Of a stretch of DNA of 64,000 nt, positions 33,435 through 44,488 are shown one piece after another. The first letter of the stretch is position 1. Every line of letters begins with the position of its first letter. Position numbers and translations under genes: made by a program. Under the pieces are notes generated by a model, which made no database searches, had not been told where the DNA came from, and saw only the letters and a program-made list of their open reading frames with translations. Source of the stretch: an uncultured cyanobacterium (GTDB lineage: Bacteria; Cyanobacteriota; Cyanobacteriia; CAKZMO01). Location of the stretch: positions 256,001 through 320,000 of the forward strand of contig CAVRCJ010000011.1 of the NCBI GenBank assembly GCA_963719515.1, written 5' to 3'.

Positions 33435-33818
33435 GAGAACGGAGAGAGGAGGCGAGGTGGTTGCGGGCCGTCAGGCCTGAGGAAAGTCCGGGCTCCCCAA
33501 AGATCAGACTTGCTGGGTAACGCCCAGTGCGGGTGACCGTGAGGAGAGTGCCACAGAAACATACCGCCAGCGGGAGGCATGAGGATACGTCCTTTTGCCT
33601 TTGCGGGTAAGGGTGCAAGGGTGCGGTAAGAGCGCACCAGCAGCATCGAGAGGTGCTGGCTCGGTAAACCCCGGTCGGGTGCAAGGTCAAGGAACTACGG
33701 TTGGTCTTTTACCAGTTCCACTCTTGAGAACCGCTTGAGGCGTGCGGTAACGCATGTCCCAGATAGATAACCGCCCTCCGTTAGGAGAACAGAACCCGGC
33801 TTATGTCCTCCTCCCTCT
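33435..33818 (+). ncRNA. rnpB: RNase P RNA (type A)
   Basis: GAGGAAAGTCCGGGC, AGTGCCACAGAAA, GGTAAACCCC, AGAACCCGGCTTA conserved blocks; ends approximate. Confidence 0.96.
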
Positions 33819-33939
33819 ATATCTTTGACATACGGTTTTTCCGAAGTAGTGCAATGTGCGACTCATTTTGACCGCGAATGATGCCCGCAAGCTTCAGCTG
33901 TGGGCACTGATGGGTCACGTTGAGAATTCCTGTGACTGC

Positions 33940-34361
33940 GTGACATACTCCCGACGCTCATTCTACGAATAGAGCGCGGGCTTCTTGGCTCGCGCACCAC
34001 AAATGAATGGGTGCCGCACAAGAAAGTTTCCTGCTTCTCCTGGTCTTGTCTAGCCAAACAGCAAGCTGTATGACCCCGATTAGATCCCATCCACAGGCAA
34101 TTTATTTTACGTCTAGGCAATGACCAACCCCAGACAGACTACTTTTTTGAGCTTCCTTTCTTCCAAAAACTGTGTCGCGTCACCGTTATGTTTTCTATGG
34201 GTGATATTTTTCTCGACGAACACTTTGGAGGGGTGGAAAACCTTGCAAACAGTTGATATGTATACATTCTAGCATGAATAAGGATTGTTCGCCTTTGGCT
34301 CACGCGCCTTTCATCCCGACGCTGATGCTGCGCATACAGCGCGGGACTTCCCGTCTAAGAG
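33940..34361 (-). mobile_element. Non-autonomous IS200/IS605 mini-element 1 (left end, promoter, omegaRNA-like right end; no protein)
   Basis: Right end GAAG-hairpin-GTCAC; left-end hairpin after TTAA; 198-bp block and left hairpin shared with 36215-36663. Confidence 0.78.
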
Positions 34362-34401
34362 TTAAACCAGGGCTCTACGCGGCACCTTTAGGCTCTATTC
34401 A

Positions 34402-35767
34402 TTGACGCTCTCCATCTGACCCTACGGGTACAGATGGAGATTCCTAGATTGCAGGGGAGGTAACCCTTAACCCCTAGCTAGGCATCTCCACGGCGCGTCC
34501 CGCCGCTGTACATCCACGCTGCATGATTACCTGAGCAGCGGCTACATCGCGATTTGTTGTGTAACCGCACTCAGGGCAGCTATGCAGACGCTCCGATAGT
34601 GGTTTTTAACCCGTTACTGTCTGACAGCTCGGGCAGGTCTGACTTGTTAGGTTGGCATCCACTTCGGCATAGAAAACACCGCGTTTCCAGCACACCCACT
34701 TAAGGATGCGAAGAAACTCGCCATGGGCTGCATCTAAGGTGTGCTTCGAGAACATGCCCCTAGCCCACACCTTGAAGTTCAGCTTTTCAGCAAACACCAT
34801 CCCAACGCCATCACACAACCGATGCGCCAGTTTGTAAAACCAATCTTGGCGACGATTGCGAATATGCTCATGCAATAGTGCAACTTTTTTGTGTGCTTTG
34901 TACCAGTTATTCGATCCTTTGACTTTGTGACTTGCTCGTTGTTGCAGCAATTTCAGCTTGCGTTGGAGATTCACAAAGAACTTAGGGGACTTGACTAACT
35001 CACCGTCAGAAGTTGCAAGATAGCTCTCTAACCCGACATCAATACCGACTGCTCTGCCGTACGGCTGCACTTCGGGTACTTCGGCATCAGACTGAAAGGT
35101 GAGCATCACATACCAGCCTGACGCTTTCCTGAGTACTTGAGCTTGCTTTAGTTGAAAGCCATCTGGAATAGGACGCGATAGTCTCATTCTCACCTATCCA
35201 ACACCCGGCAATTTAATGCGATTACTCTGAATAGGATTAACGCCGAGCTGGGGAATAGCAACGACCTCATTCGACCTTGCTTCTTGAACCGAGGGAAGCC
35301 GTGGTTCTGCTCCCACATTGAAACAAACGCTTTTTCCAGACGCCTCAACGCCTGTTGGAGCATCTGAGCGTTGGCCGCTTTTAGCTCAGAGATTTTCTTA
35401 CGAGCTTGAGTTAGAGCTTTGCACTGACTAGCAAACGTGGGTCTAGACGTATCGACGGGAATAATGTACTCACCCCGCAACGAGCAACTATCTATTTTGC
35501 ACGACCTGGAGCGGTACCAATCTTTGCGCTCAGCCAAAGCATAGTTCCACACTCCACGAGAGGCTTCTAACCACTGCTCGTAAAGCTGAATCTGCTCTTT
35601 GTTGGGGCGAAGTCGATATTGGTACATCAGGTTTAACATAGATATATCATAGCAAATCTAAAAATAGGTATGGCGCTTTTTAGATATTGTTCGCCTGTGG
35701 CTCACGGACTTGCTTCATCACCCCCCAACCGCTACGCGGTATAGGCGGAGCACTGCAAGTCATATGG
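34402..35767 (-). mobile_element. IS200/IS605 family element, tnpB-only (IS1341-like), decayed
   Basis: Right end GAAT-hairpin-GTCAA at 34402; left-end hairpin at about 35715-35750 following CTAC; contains a tnpB pseudogene. Confidence 0.85.
34474..35639 (-). pseudogene. tnpB: RNA-guided endonuclease TnpB pseudogene
   Basis: YQYRLRP HTH, GFPRFK, GIDVG, FAEKL, TSQTCPSC..CPECG..RDVAAA; frameshift at about 35250, in-frame stops at 35194 and 34606. Confidence 0.9.
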
Positions 35768-35891
35768 GTAGGATCTAAAAGAAATTTAAGTTTTGGTTAC
35801 ACCGCATCCCCGCTCACGCGTCGTATACGCAAGCAGGTGTGCAAAATATATGGAACCCATACTTCACAGGAGGGCGGACTTTTGAAGTCTA

Positions 35892-35964
<73 letters not shown>

Positions 35965-36214
35965 AAACGCACAGCATAGGCTGTATCAGCGCGGTACTCT
36001 ATACTAGCAGAACTCGTAGCTCTCTAGACCGTCACCGAGACTAGATTAACTTTTTTTGGGCGGCGACCAGCAGATATCGCAGCGATAGGCAAGCTGAGAA
36101 TACTCTTGCTGGGCCAAGTCGGCGTTGGTCATCATTTTGTACAGAGAGCCCTCTCCTGCACGGAGGTTGTTGGATTGGCCATATAGCCCCGTAGCCAGAT
36201 GCAGTCTTGGGAAA

Positions 36215-36663
36215 GTGACATACTCCCGACGCTCATCTTTTAGATAGAGCGCGGGCTTCTTGGCTCACGCACCACAATTTAATGGATGCCGCGCAAGAAG
36301 GTGTCCTGCTTCATCTGGTCCTGTCTAGTTACGCAGCAAGCCGTGCAACCCCGATTAGATCCCATCGACAGGCGATTTGTTTAATGTCCAGGCAATGACC
36401 AACCCCAGACAGTGACGAGTATTCAATTTCCAGCTACGTTTTCTACCGTCTGCACTGTTCACCAGCCAAGGGCTGTACGTTTGTGTCACGATAGCAGGCC
36501 GCCGCCATGAAATAGTTTGAGCTTGGTTCAATTGTACCCTTTGCTCGCCTCGGCGCTGCCCTTAATTGCCGCCTTCGGCATCCAGTCAAGGGCGCACCTC
36601 GACTCGCTCGCTTACATCCCGACGCTGATGCTGCGCATACAGCACGGGGCTTTCACGAACTAG
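36215..36663 (-). mobile_element. Non-autonomous IS200/IS605 mini-element 2
   Basis: Same right end/omegaRNA-like block and left-end hairpin as element 1; different middle; follows TTAG. Confidence 0.78.
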
Positions 36664-36829
36664 CTAACCTCACCGCCAGCGCTACAGTTGCAAAAGGGGC
36701 TGCATCGTTTTTTAGGGTTCCTCGCTCTTGCACGCTGTGCGCAAAAGCGAGGCAAGGCTTTACTAGGCGACTTACCGGAGACAGTGCTACTCCAGCTCTC
36801 TGAAATCTACATTAAGCCAAAACTTTTTT

Positions 36830-37468
36830 ATGCCCTCCGGCCACACCCACGATCGCATTACCCTTTGGAGCCTACCGGCTGTGGCAGCAGCGAGCCTGTG
36901 GGCCACCCGCAGCAGCAGCCTCACCCTGGCGATCGCGGGCGGCTTTTTGTTTGGGGGCTTGATGCTGGGGCCAGACCTCGACACCCGCTCCATTCACCAT
37001 CGCCGCTGGGGGGCGCTGCGGTGGATTTGGGTGCCCTATCGGAACAGCATCTCTCACCGATCGCCCCTGTCCCACGGACCGGTAATCGGCACCACCATTC
37101 GCGTCATTTACCTGCTGGTGGTGGCGGGGCTAGTCATTACGGCTGTTCTAGCTGCCGCCAACGAAGTTTTGCGCCTGGGCTGGACCTGGATGGCTTTTGG
37201 GCGCGTGATGTCCACAGGCCTAGTGAGCTATCGCCCCACCCTGATTGCCCTTGCTGTGGGCCTCGAGGTGGGAGCTTTGGGCCACTACACCGCAGACTGG
37301 GCGCTCTCTAGCTATAAGCGAGTGCGCAAGCAGTATCCCACCTTGGGGTGGCGGGCGCTGCTAATTCCCTTTAAGCCCTCAAAGCCCTCAAAGCCCTCAA
37401 AGCCCAAGTCTGCTAAGCGGCGCTCCGCTACAGCTTCCAAAAAACCGCGAGCCCGCAGGCGGCGCTAA
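36830..37468 (+). CDS. DUF2227 family putative metal-binding membrane protein
   Basis: MPSGHTHDRITL, GPDLD, HRSPLSHGP; KPS x3 repeat in a basic tail. Confidence 0.88.
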   Translation: MPSGHTHDRITLWSLPAVAAASLWATRSSSLTLAIAGGFLFGGLMLGPDLDTRSIHHRRWGALRWIWVPYRNSISHRSPLSHGPVIGTTIRVIYLLVVAGLVITAVLAAANEVLRLGWTWMAFGRVMSTGLVSYRPTLIALAVGLEVGALGHYTADWALSSYKRVRKQYPTLGWRALLIPFKPSKPSKPSKPKSAKRRSATASKKPRARRRR

Positions 37469-37487
37469 GCGTTCTTAAGGACATGGC

Positions 37488-38360
37488 ATGATTGAAGCTG
37501 TACCGCCCTTATCAGCGCCCAGTATGACCCCACATCCCTCAGATAGCCCCACTGACCCAACGCTGAGCGCCCTCCAAGAGCTAATCGACGTTGTCGCTCA
37601 GCTGCGATCGCCCGAGGGGGGCTGCCCTTGGGACCTAGCCCAAACACCTCAAACCTTAATTCCCTACGTGATTGAGGAGGCCTATGAGGTGGCCGACGCC
37701 TTAAAGCAGGACGACCCGGACCAGATTGTAGATGAGCTAGGAGACCTGCTGCTGCAGGTGGTGCTGCAGGCTCAAATTGCCCGCGAGGGCCAGCGCTTTT
37801 CTCTGCAGCAGGTGGCTGAGACGATTACCGCTAAGCTGATCCGGCGGCATCCCCATGTGTTTGGCGACGCGGCGGTGGCGGGGGTGGATGAGGTGCGGCA
37901 AACCTGGGAGGCTATTAAAACGCAGGAAGAGGCCAGCACCGAGCCGGGTAGGGAGCGGCTGTCCCCCCGCCTAGAAAAATACGCGCGATCGCTGCCGCCG
38001 CTGCTGGCCAGCCTCAAAATCTCAAAAAAGGCGGCAGATGTCGGATTTGAGTGGGAGAGCGTCGACGGGGTGTGGGACAAGTTTCACGAGGAGCTAGGGG
38101 AGTTTGAGCAGGCGCTCAAACAAGAGTCGGCGGCGCGGCAGCAGGAGGAGATTGGCGACCTGCTGTTTACCGTGGTGAATCTAGCCCGGTGGTATGGTCT
38201 CGACCCCACTCAGGCGCTGGAGGACACCAATCAGCGCTTCGTGCGCCGGTTTGCGCGGGTGGAGGATGCGGCGGGACAGCCGCTGTCGAATTTTTCAATC
38301 GAGGCGTTAGAACAGTTTTGGCAGGCTGCTAAAATCGCGCTGCGTGAACCATCCTCATGA
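37488..38360 (+). CDS. mazG: Nucleoside triphosphate pyrophosphohydrolase MazG
   Basis: GCPWDLAQT, IEEAYE, ELGDLLLQV, KLIRRHPHVF; start may be ATG 37524. Confidence 0.94.
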   Translation: MIEAVPPLSAPSMTPHPSDSPTDPTLSALQELIDVVAQLRSPEGGCPWDLAQTPQTLIPYVIEEAYEVADALKQDDPDQIVDELGDLLLQVVLQAQIAREGQRFSLQQVAETITAKLIRRHPHVFGDAAVAGVDEVRQTWEAIKTQEEASTEPGRERLSPRLEKYARSLPPLLASLKISKKAADVGFEWESVDGVWDKFHEELGEFEQALKQESAARQQEEIGDLLFTVVNLARWYGLDPTQALEDTNQRFVRRFARVEDAAGQPLSNFSIEALEQFWQAAKIALREPSS

Positions 38361-38529
38361 CCTAGCATCGGCGGAGCACTCAGGCTCCAAGTAGGTCAGT
38401 TGCTAGGGCAAAACGAGTTTTCGGATGAAATACGGGTTGCGTAGATGGCTAACCCATGGTGGAATGGTCAATACGGTGCGCCGTGCTTGTCATGTTCTAC
38501 GGGGCGTGGCAGCGAGGTTTAACCACCAA

Positions 38530-38896
38530 GGGGGCATGGCGGAATGGTAGACGCTACGGACTTAGAAAACTGAGCCTCGACGGAGAAATCTGCCGAGTGG
38601 AAGCTCTCAAACTCAGGGAAACCTAACCCGACTCACTAGCGCGTAGCTAACCAGCGATCGCTACTCGGTATGGCAATCCTGAGCCAAGCCGACTGATGCA
38701 ATGGGTAGATGACGCTATTGGCCCAAAGCAGACGACGTCGGAAGGTGCAGAGGCCCGACGGGAGCTACCCTAACGTAAAGCCGAGGGTAAAGGGAGGGTC
38801 CAATCCTCGACGCCTATGGCGGCAGCGAAAGCTGCGGAGAGGGTGAAAATCCGTTGGCCCTAATAGGTCGTGAGGGTTCAAGTCCCTCTGCCCCCA
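38530..38896 (+). tRNA. tRNA-Leu(UAA) interrupted by a group I intron
   Basis: Exon 1 38530-38563 (GGGGGCATGGCGGAATGGTAGACGCTACGGACTT); exon 2 38846-38896 (AAAATCCGTT...GTTCAAGTCCCTCTGCCCCCA). Confidence 0.95.
38564..38845 (+). ncRNA. Group I self-splicing intron (trnL-UAA type)
   Basis: Inserted after anticodon U and ends in G; AAACTCAGGGAAACCTAA, GGCAATCCTGAGCCAA, AGGTGCAGAG, AGGGTCCA core elements. Confidence 0.93.
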
Positions 38897-38926
38897 TCCA
38901 CCATCGACACAACAGCTGACGGCATT

Positions 38927-38964
38927 GCGATCGCCCCTAGAAGACTAAGGGCGATCGTATTTTG
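38927..38964 (+). terminator. HIP1-containing hairpin after tRNA-Leu
   Basis: CGATCGCCC...GGGCGATCG followed by TATTTT. Confidence 0.5.
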
Positions 38965-39356
38965 CGAGCTAAACCCACTTCGTAATAGAAAGCGGCGTGC
39001 TGACGCGCATGCCCAACCCCGACAGCGATCGCCCTAGGGCGTGACAGCGATCGCTGACTACCGCTCTTGAGTGCGGTTTACTAGTATCAGTAAATTCACC
39101 GTAATATAGAACTTGTGTCCGGGCATCTTCCGAAGACTAGGTGCCTGTGCTGGGTATATCTACGTATTTGATTACCCATTTGGCCTGTGGCTTTAAGCGG
39201 TAGCGTCCGGAATCCTAAAGGATGGCGCTGTTGCCAGATGACAGGGCAAGCAATGACATCGTCGGGGAAGCGCCCCTAAGCGGCGCAGCATGCATCAACG
39301 TTCGGTCTTATTACAAGCTGACCTAACTAGGGGCATCACGCTAGAAGGATACGCAC

Positions 39357-40850
39357 ATGATGGTTACAGACGACATTGACGCAACCGAGCAGGGCATCAA
39401 CCCGGTTAAGGTTGACCCATCCCAGTCAAAGCAACGCAAAAGAGTAGAGCGCCACAGCAAGGTGGACCAGCAGTCTCTAGCCGCTGCTCAAAACGCCATC
39501 TTTCAATATTTACTGAGCATCGTCAAAATCTGGCCTTCAGAAAATGTGCTGGATGAGTTTAAGCATCTGTTTATTCGCTACGGCGACAGCCGTAAGTCGT
39601 TGGACTCGCCAATAGGGTCGGACCTATTAGCGGTGATGCAGCAGCTTCTTGCAGCAAATCAGGAGAAGGAATTTAAGAATACGCTCAAGCGATCCTGCTA
39701 CATCTTAATCAACAACTGGGACATCAACCGCAGCCACGATTCGATCAAAGACCTGATTCAGCTCTTTTCTGACTCCAGCATTCGCAGACCGTCAAAACAG
39801 CCGCTGATCAACCGGCTGCGGCGATGGCTCCAAAATTTCGTGACTAGCGCCGACTTTAGAGAGCTGACCCTGTTTGCGGCCCGATATGACGACTTTGAGA
39901 AGCTTCACTGGAGTCAACGCTACACGTCGTACCTGCTGGTCTCTCAATACGTCAATCTCACAAACTCCGTCGAGCAGCGAGAAGCGGCTCAGGCCATGTC
40001 TCAAAAGCTGCGCAAGCGGTTCAAGACGGACCTAGCGCTCTACACGGCGATCTCGGAGTCTACGGTACTAGACCGAGAGAGCGATCGCATCAAAGATCCA
40101 ACGGTTCTTGGCGATGACAGCTTACAGCTCATTAAGCGCATTTTGATGTGCTACGGGCCGTTTAGCTACGAGAATCTGGCCAGTATCTTCTGCAAGCAGA
40201 CCCTGGGCTTGGGCTACGAAAAATTTAAGGACTGCCTAAAAACCTATTTGCTGCGATCGCTGCCCGATGAAACCCTGTCGCCGACGATAGAGCGCTACAT
40301 TGACGAGAAGCTCTCGACCATCTACACCTCCTACAGCGATAAGTCCGTCAACGAGGCGCTGCTGCTGCGCACCTGCAACCGCATGATTGAGTGCCTCACC
40401 ACCGAGGACCACGAGAATCCTTCCGATACCTTTTTGTGGCTCGTTGCCCAGGGCAGTCCGCTGACCACGGTGCTCATTTTGCTCAAGCTCTTGCTGATCT
40501 GCCGCAACACCCGCACCCATCTAGAAGCCCGAATTGCCGATCTAATTCGCCATTACGAGAGCTACCCCGAGGAAGAATGTCGTGGGGTGATTGACTTCTT
40601 CGAGATCTTTAACATCACGATGACCGTCTACGGGGAAGACATCCGCTATAGCCTAGTCAGCATCGACGGCAGCGGCTCCTCTGCGTCGACCTCCTTGGAG
40701 GCCTACCGAATCTTTTCCCAGGTCAAGTCGCCTCAGCCAGACAACCTAGATGACAACTCAGATCGCGGCCCGGCTGATGCCTTAATCGACCACTTCATCA
40801 ACGACTTTATAGAGCATGAGTCTACGCTTCCACCTGGTTCAGACAGCTAG
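39357..40850 (+). CDS. Conserved cyanobacterial hypothetical protein
   Basis: 497-aa helical ORF with F..TLKRSCYILINNW and RYTSYL motifs I recognise from filamentous cyanobacteria; function unknown. Confidence 0.75.
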   Translation: MMVTDDIDATEQGINPVKVDPSQSKQRKRVERHSKVDQQSLAAAQNAIFQYLLSIVKIWPSENVLDEFKHLFIRYGDSRKSLDSPIGSDLLAVMQQLLAANQEKEFKNTLKRSCYILINNWDINRSHDSIKDLIQLFSDSSIRRPSKQPLINRLRRWLQNFVTSADFRELTLFAARYDDFEKLHWSQRYTSYLLVSQYVNLTNSVEQREAAQAMSQKLRKRFKTDLALYTAISESTVLDRESDRIKDPTVLGDDSLQLIKRILMCYGPFSYENLASIFCKQTLGLGYEKFKDCLKTYLLRSLPDETLSPTIERYIDEKLSTIYTSYSDKSVNEALLLRTCNRMIECLTTEDHENPSDTFLWLVAQGSPLTTVLILLKLLLICRNTRTHLEARIADLIRHYESYPEEECRGVIDFFEIFNITMTVYGEDIRYSLVSIDGSGSSASTSLEAYRIFSQVKSPQPDNLDDNSDRGPADALIDHFINDFIEHESTLPPGSDS

Positions 40851-40902
40851 AGCCTAGATCGCTAGAGACAACGCCTCGCTGCCGGACAGCCGGCGGGCAG
40901 GG

Positions 40903-41634
40903 CTACGCCGCAGTTTGGTAATTCACAATCTTGGCAAAATCGGCGGGCTTCAGGCTTGCGCCCCCCACCAACACGCCGTCAATCTCGGGCTGCTGCATAA
41001 TGTCGTCAATATTCCCGGGCTTAACCGAGCCCCCGTATTGAATGGTGACGTCTGATGTCAGCTGCTTTCGAATTAGCCCCGTGATGCGGTTTGCCTCGCT
41101 GACCTCACAGGTTTCCCCGGTACCAATGGCCCAAATCGGCTCGTAAGCGATAATCAGATGGTTCTGATCGACCCCCTGTAGCGCCTCTTTCAGCTGCCGG
41201 GTGATGACCTGTTCGGCCTTGCCATCGTCGCGCTGCTGCTTGGTCTCCCCTACGCAAAGAATCGGCATGAGCCGCGCCTCTTGGGCTGCCCGCAGCCGCA
41301 GGTTGACGGTTTTGTCGGTTTCACCGAAGTACTGCCGCCGCTCGCTGTGGCCGACGACGACATACCTCACCCCCAGCTCGCAGAGCATGCTGGCAGAAAT
41401 CTCCCCCGTATAGGCTCCCTCGCTCTCCCAGTGAACGTTTTGCCCACCCAGCTTAACCCGGCTGCCGTGCAGGTTTTTGGACATTGCCGTCAAGGCAGTG
41501 TACGGGACGCAAAGAACGATCTCCCGATTGTCTGGCGTACCGTCCAAATGATTGAAGAAACTAATCAGGAAGTCTAGCGCTTCCGATTGAGTCTTGTGCA
41601 TTTTCCAGTTTCCAGCTATGACAATATTTCGCAC
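40903..41634 (-). CDS. tpiA: Triosephosphate isomerase
   Basis: [30 protein letters not shown]. Confidence 0.97.
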   Translation of the reverse strand: MRNIVIAGNWKMHKTQSEALDFLISFFNHLDGTPDNREIVLCVPYTALTAMSKNLHGSRVKLGGQNVHWESEGAYTGEISASMLCELGVRYVVVGHSERRQYFGETDKTVNLRLRAAQEARLMPILCVGETKQQRDDGKAEQVITRQLKEALQGVDQNHLIIAYEPIWAIGTGETCEVSEANRITGLIRKQLTSDVTIQYGGSVKPGNIDDIMQQPEIDGVLVGGASLKPADFAKIVNYQTAA

Positions 41635-41953
41635 GAGTCGCTTCAGGGGTAAATGTTCAACGGTCTATCTAGACGAATCCTACCGTTTGAGCTGCTTGAG
41701 AAGCAATTCGAGGCACAACTCTTTGGGTTCGGGGGCTGAGATAGTCATCATAGAGAATCGGGGCGGCGGCTTGCGGCCAACTAAATAAATCTTTGTTCCA
41801 AAAGTGTGGGAGACTAAATGTCGATTGCGACTGTGGCGTGCGACTGTGGCGGCACCTTGAAGCAGGTCTAGTTGACCTAGAGTAGCTGCGCCAGCGGCCC
41901 TGGCGGTCAAGAATCGCGGTCTAAATAGTGAATGCATAATTAAGGGCGGTCCC

Positions 41954-42274
41954 ATGACAATTCCTCTGTTAGCATCCGGTTTAATCGATGGGATTTGTGC
42001 GTTCGACGTTATCAGCTGGAGTGTGCATCAGCTCCATGCAGCCGCAGTCCCGGATTTGGTTAGTCTTAGCACGGCGAATCTAGCTCACGGCCACGGCCTT
42101 GCCGCCGATGCTTCATCCACCGGGGGGCTCGTCTTCGCGCAGTATTTCGAGACCGACGTCTTTGCCGACACTCGCGCCTGGTGGAGCGACTTTGTCAGTT
42201 CTGGCAAGATCTGGACGCTTATCTTCGGCATGGTCTTAGGCTACCTGCTGCGGGCTTTGACCTCCTACGGCTAA
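41954..42274 (+). CDS. Small cyanobacterial membrane protein, hypothetical
   Basis: C-terminal FVSSGKIWTLIFGMVLGY TM motif. Confidence 0.6.
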   Translation: MTIPLLASGLIDGICAFDVISWSVHQLHAAAVPDLVSLSTANLAHGHGLAADASSTGGLVFAQYFETDVFADTRAWWSDFVSSGKIWTLIFGMVLGYLLRALTSYG

Positions 42275-42388
42275 GGTTTTCGCGAGCCCCCTTCGCGGTC
42301 AATTTCATCCTCAGGCGATCGCCTCGGCCCGCTCCATTTTCGCGCACCGTTTCCCCCAGCTTTCCTCTAACCCCGTAGCGGCCTCGTT

Positions 42389-43786
42389 ATGATACAGCCC
42401 CAAACCTGGAGCCAGCGATTTGAGTCGGCGCTCCACCCTGCAATAGCTCGCTTCAACGCCAGCATCGGCTTCGACATCGCCCTGCTGGAGTACGACATTA
42501 CCGGTTCCCAAGCCCATGCCAAAATGCTGGGCCACACCGGCATCATTTCAGCGGAAGAGGCGGAGCAGCTGGTCTCGGGGCTAGAGCAGGTTCGCCTTGA
42601 GCATCGGACTGGGCAATTCAATCCGGGCACCGACGCCGAGGACGTACATTTTGCGGTGGAGCGGCGACTGACCCAGCTGGTGGGGGACGTGGGCAAGAAG
42701 CTGCACACGGCGCGATCGCGCAACGACCAGGTGGGCACCGACACCAGACTCTACCTGCGGGACCAAATTACCGATATTCGTCAGCGGCTGATGGCCTTTC
42801 AGCAGGCCCTGCTGCAGCACGCCCATCAGCATGTGGAAACCCTCATTCCGGGCTATACCCATCTGCAGCGGGCTCAACCCTTGAGTCTGGCCCATCACCT
42901 GCTGGCCTATGTGGAGATGGCGCAGCGAGATATCGAGCGGCTGGGGGACGTCTCTCGGCGGGTCAATATCTCGCCTTTGGGGAGCGGAGCGCTGGCGGGC
43001 ACCACCTTTCCTATCGATCGACGCTACGCCGCCGAGCTGCTGGGCTTTGACGGCGTCTACGCCAACAGCCTAGATGGGGTGAGCGATCGCGACTTCGCCG
43101 TAGAGTTTTTAGCGGCGGCAAGTCTGGTGATGGTCCACCTGTCGCGGCTCTCAGAAGAGCTGATTCTTTGGGCGTCTGAGGAGTTTCGCTTCGTGACGCT
43201 GACGGACAGCTGCTCTACCGGGTCGAGCATTATGCCCCAAAAGAAGAACCCGGACGTTCCCGAGCTGGTGCGGGGTAAGACGGGGCGGGTCTTTGGGCAC
43301 CTGCAGGCGATGCTCACCCTGATGAAAGGGCTGCCCCTGGCCTATAACAAAGATCTGCAGGAAGACAAAGAAGCGCTGTTTGACGGCGTGCAGACCGTTC
43401 AGGGGTGCCTAGAGGCCATGACCGTGCTGCTGCGAGAGGGCATCGTGTTTCAGCCCCAGCGCCTCAACCAGGCGGTAACCGAAGACTTTTCCAACGCGAC
43501 GGATGTGGCCGACTATCTGGCGACGAAGGGGGTGCCCTTTCGGGAGGCCTACAACCTAGTGGGGCAGGTGGTGAAAACGAGTTTGGCAGCGGGCAAGCTG
43601 CTCAAGGACTTGACCCTAGAGGAGTGGCAGGGAATTCATCCGGCGTTTGAGGCAGATATTTATGAGGCGATCGCCCCCCGACAGGTGGTGGCGGCCCGCA
43701 ACAGCGAGGGCGGCACCGGCTTCGAGCGGGTGCGTCAGGCGCTGCAGAACGCCCAGTCGCGGCTTGAGCAGGCCCAACACGACTAA
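42389..43786 (+). CDS. argH: Argininosuccinate lyase
   Basis: [34 protein letters not shown]. Confidence 0.97.
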   Translation: MIQPQTWSQRFESALHPAIARFNASIGFDIALLEYDITGSQAHAKMLGHTGIISAEEAEQLVSGLEQVRLEHRTGQFNPGTDAEDVHFAVERRLTQLVGDVGKKLHTARSRNDQVGTDTRLYLRDQITDIRQRLMAFQQALLQHAHQHVETLIPGYTHLQRAQPLSLAHHLLAYVEMAQRDIERLGDVSRRVNISPLGSGALAGTTFPIDRRYAAELLGFDGVYANSLDGVSDRDFAVEFLAAASLVMVHLSRLSEELILWASEEFRFVTLTDSCSTGSSIMPQKKNPDVPELVRGKTGRVFGHLQAMLTLMKGLPLAYNKDLQEDKEALFDGVQTVQGCLEAMTVLLREGIVFQPQRLNQAVTEDFSNATDVADYLATKGVPFREAYNLVGQVVKTSLAAGKLLKDLTLEEWQGIHPAFEADIYEAIAPRQVVAARNSEGGTGFERVRQALQNAQSRLEQAQHD

Positions 43787-43963
43787 TTCTTGCGAAGGAT
43801 TAACCTAGGTTACTAGTTGTTACTTTGTGCGGCTTCCCGACCCTACTGGGCCGGGGAAGGTCTCTATGCTAATAACAAGAGCGCAAGGGATGGCCCTGAA
43901 GGGCTCCCCGCAATATGTTTCTCTAACCCCATTTCCCCAACACCACTGTTACCCGGCACAACA

Positions 43964-44488
43964 ATGACTCAGCACTGGACTCCCTCCACCAGCAATTCCT
44001 ACGTAGGCAGTAGCGCCCTCGAAATCACTGCGCCCGATGCTCCCAATTGGCAGCGCCTCATTTTGGTAACCGCTGTTCTATGGCTTGGCGCTAGCTTGGC
44101 CCTAGACTTCGTTGTCATGCCGACCCTCTACACCTCGGGCATGATGACCGACGCCAGCTTTACGCCCATGGGTAACACCCTGTTCTCTAGCTTTAACCAC
44201 GTCGAGGTCATCTTCGCAGCCCTGCTGCTGACGGGGACTCTCGCCCTGCACCGCCACGCCCCGCGGGCAGGCATCCAGGCGATCGCGGTAGCCGCTATGC
44301 TCTTCAGCCTCGGCCTCTTCTACACCTATGGCCTCACTCCAGACATGATTGCCCTAGGTGCTCATCTCAACCTGCTGAAAACCACAGGCATTCCCCACAG
44401 CATGGACGTAATGCACGGCGAGTACTTTGGCTTAGAGCTGGTGAAGCTGGGCCTGGTGATGGGCCTGGTGAAGCTGTCTCAGCGCTAG
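43964..44488 (+). CDS. Hypothetical 4-TM membrane protein (DUF4149-like)
   Basis: Hydrophobic segments, LDFVVMP, FNHVE, MHGEY; ATG 43964 preferred. Confidence 0.7.
   Translation: MTQHWTPSTSNSYVGSSALEITAPDAPNWQRLILVTAVLWLGASLALDFVVMPTLYTSGMMTDASFTPMGNTLFSSFNHVEVIFAALLLTGTLALHRHAPRAGIQAIAVAAMLFSLGLFYTYGLTPDMIALGAHLNLLKTTGIPHSMDVMHGEYFGLELVKLGLVMGLVKLSQR

Noticed and set aside
33419..33690. Short ORFs of 75 and 87 aa
   Set aside because: Antisense to RNase P RNA
33863..34120. 85-aa ORF in mini-element 1
   Set aside because: Reads through the omegaRNA-like/right-end sequence and out of the element; no supporting start context
36047..36810. About 100-codon minus-strand frame that opens when mini-element 2 is excised
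   Set aside because: No good start or RBS and no recognisable protein features; plausible by chance in GC-rich DNA
36688..37311. 207-aa + strand ORF
   Set aside because: Out-of-frame overlap of the DUF2227 gene
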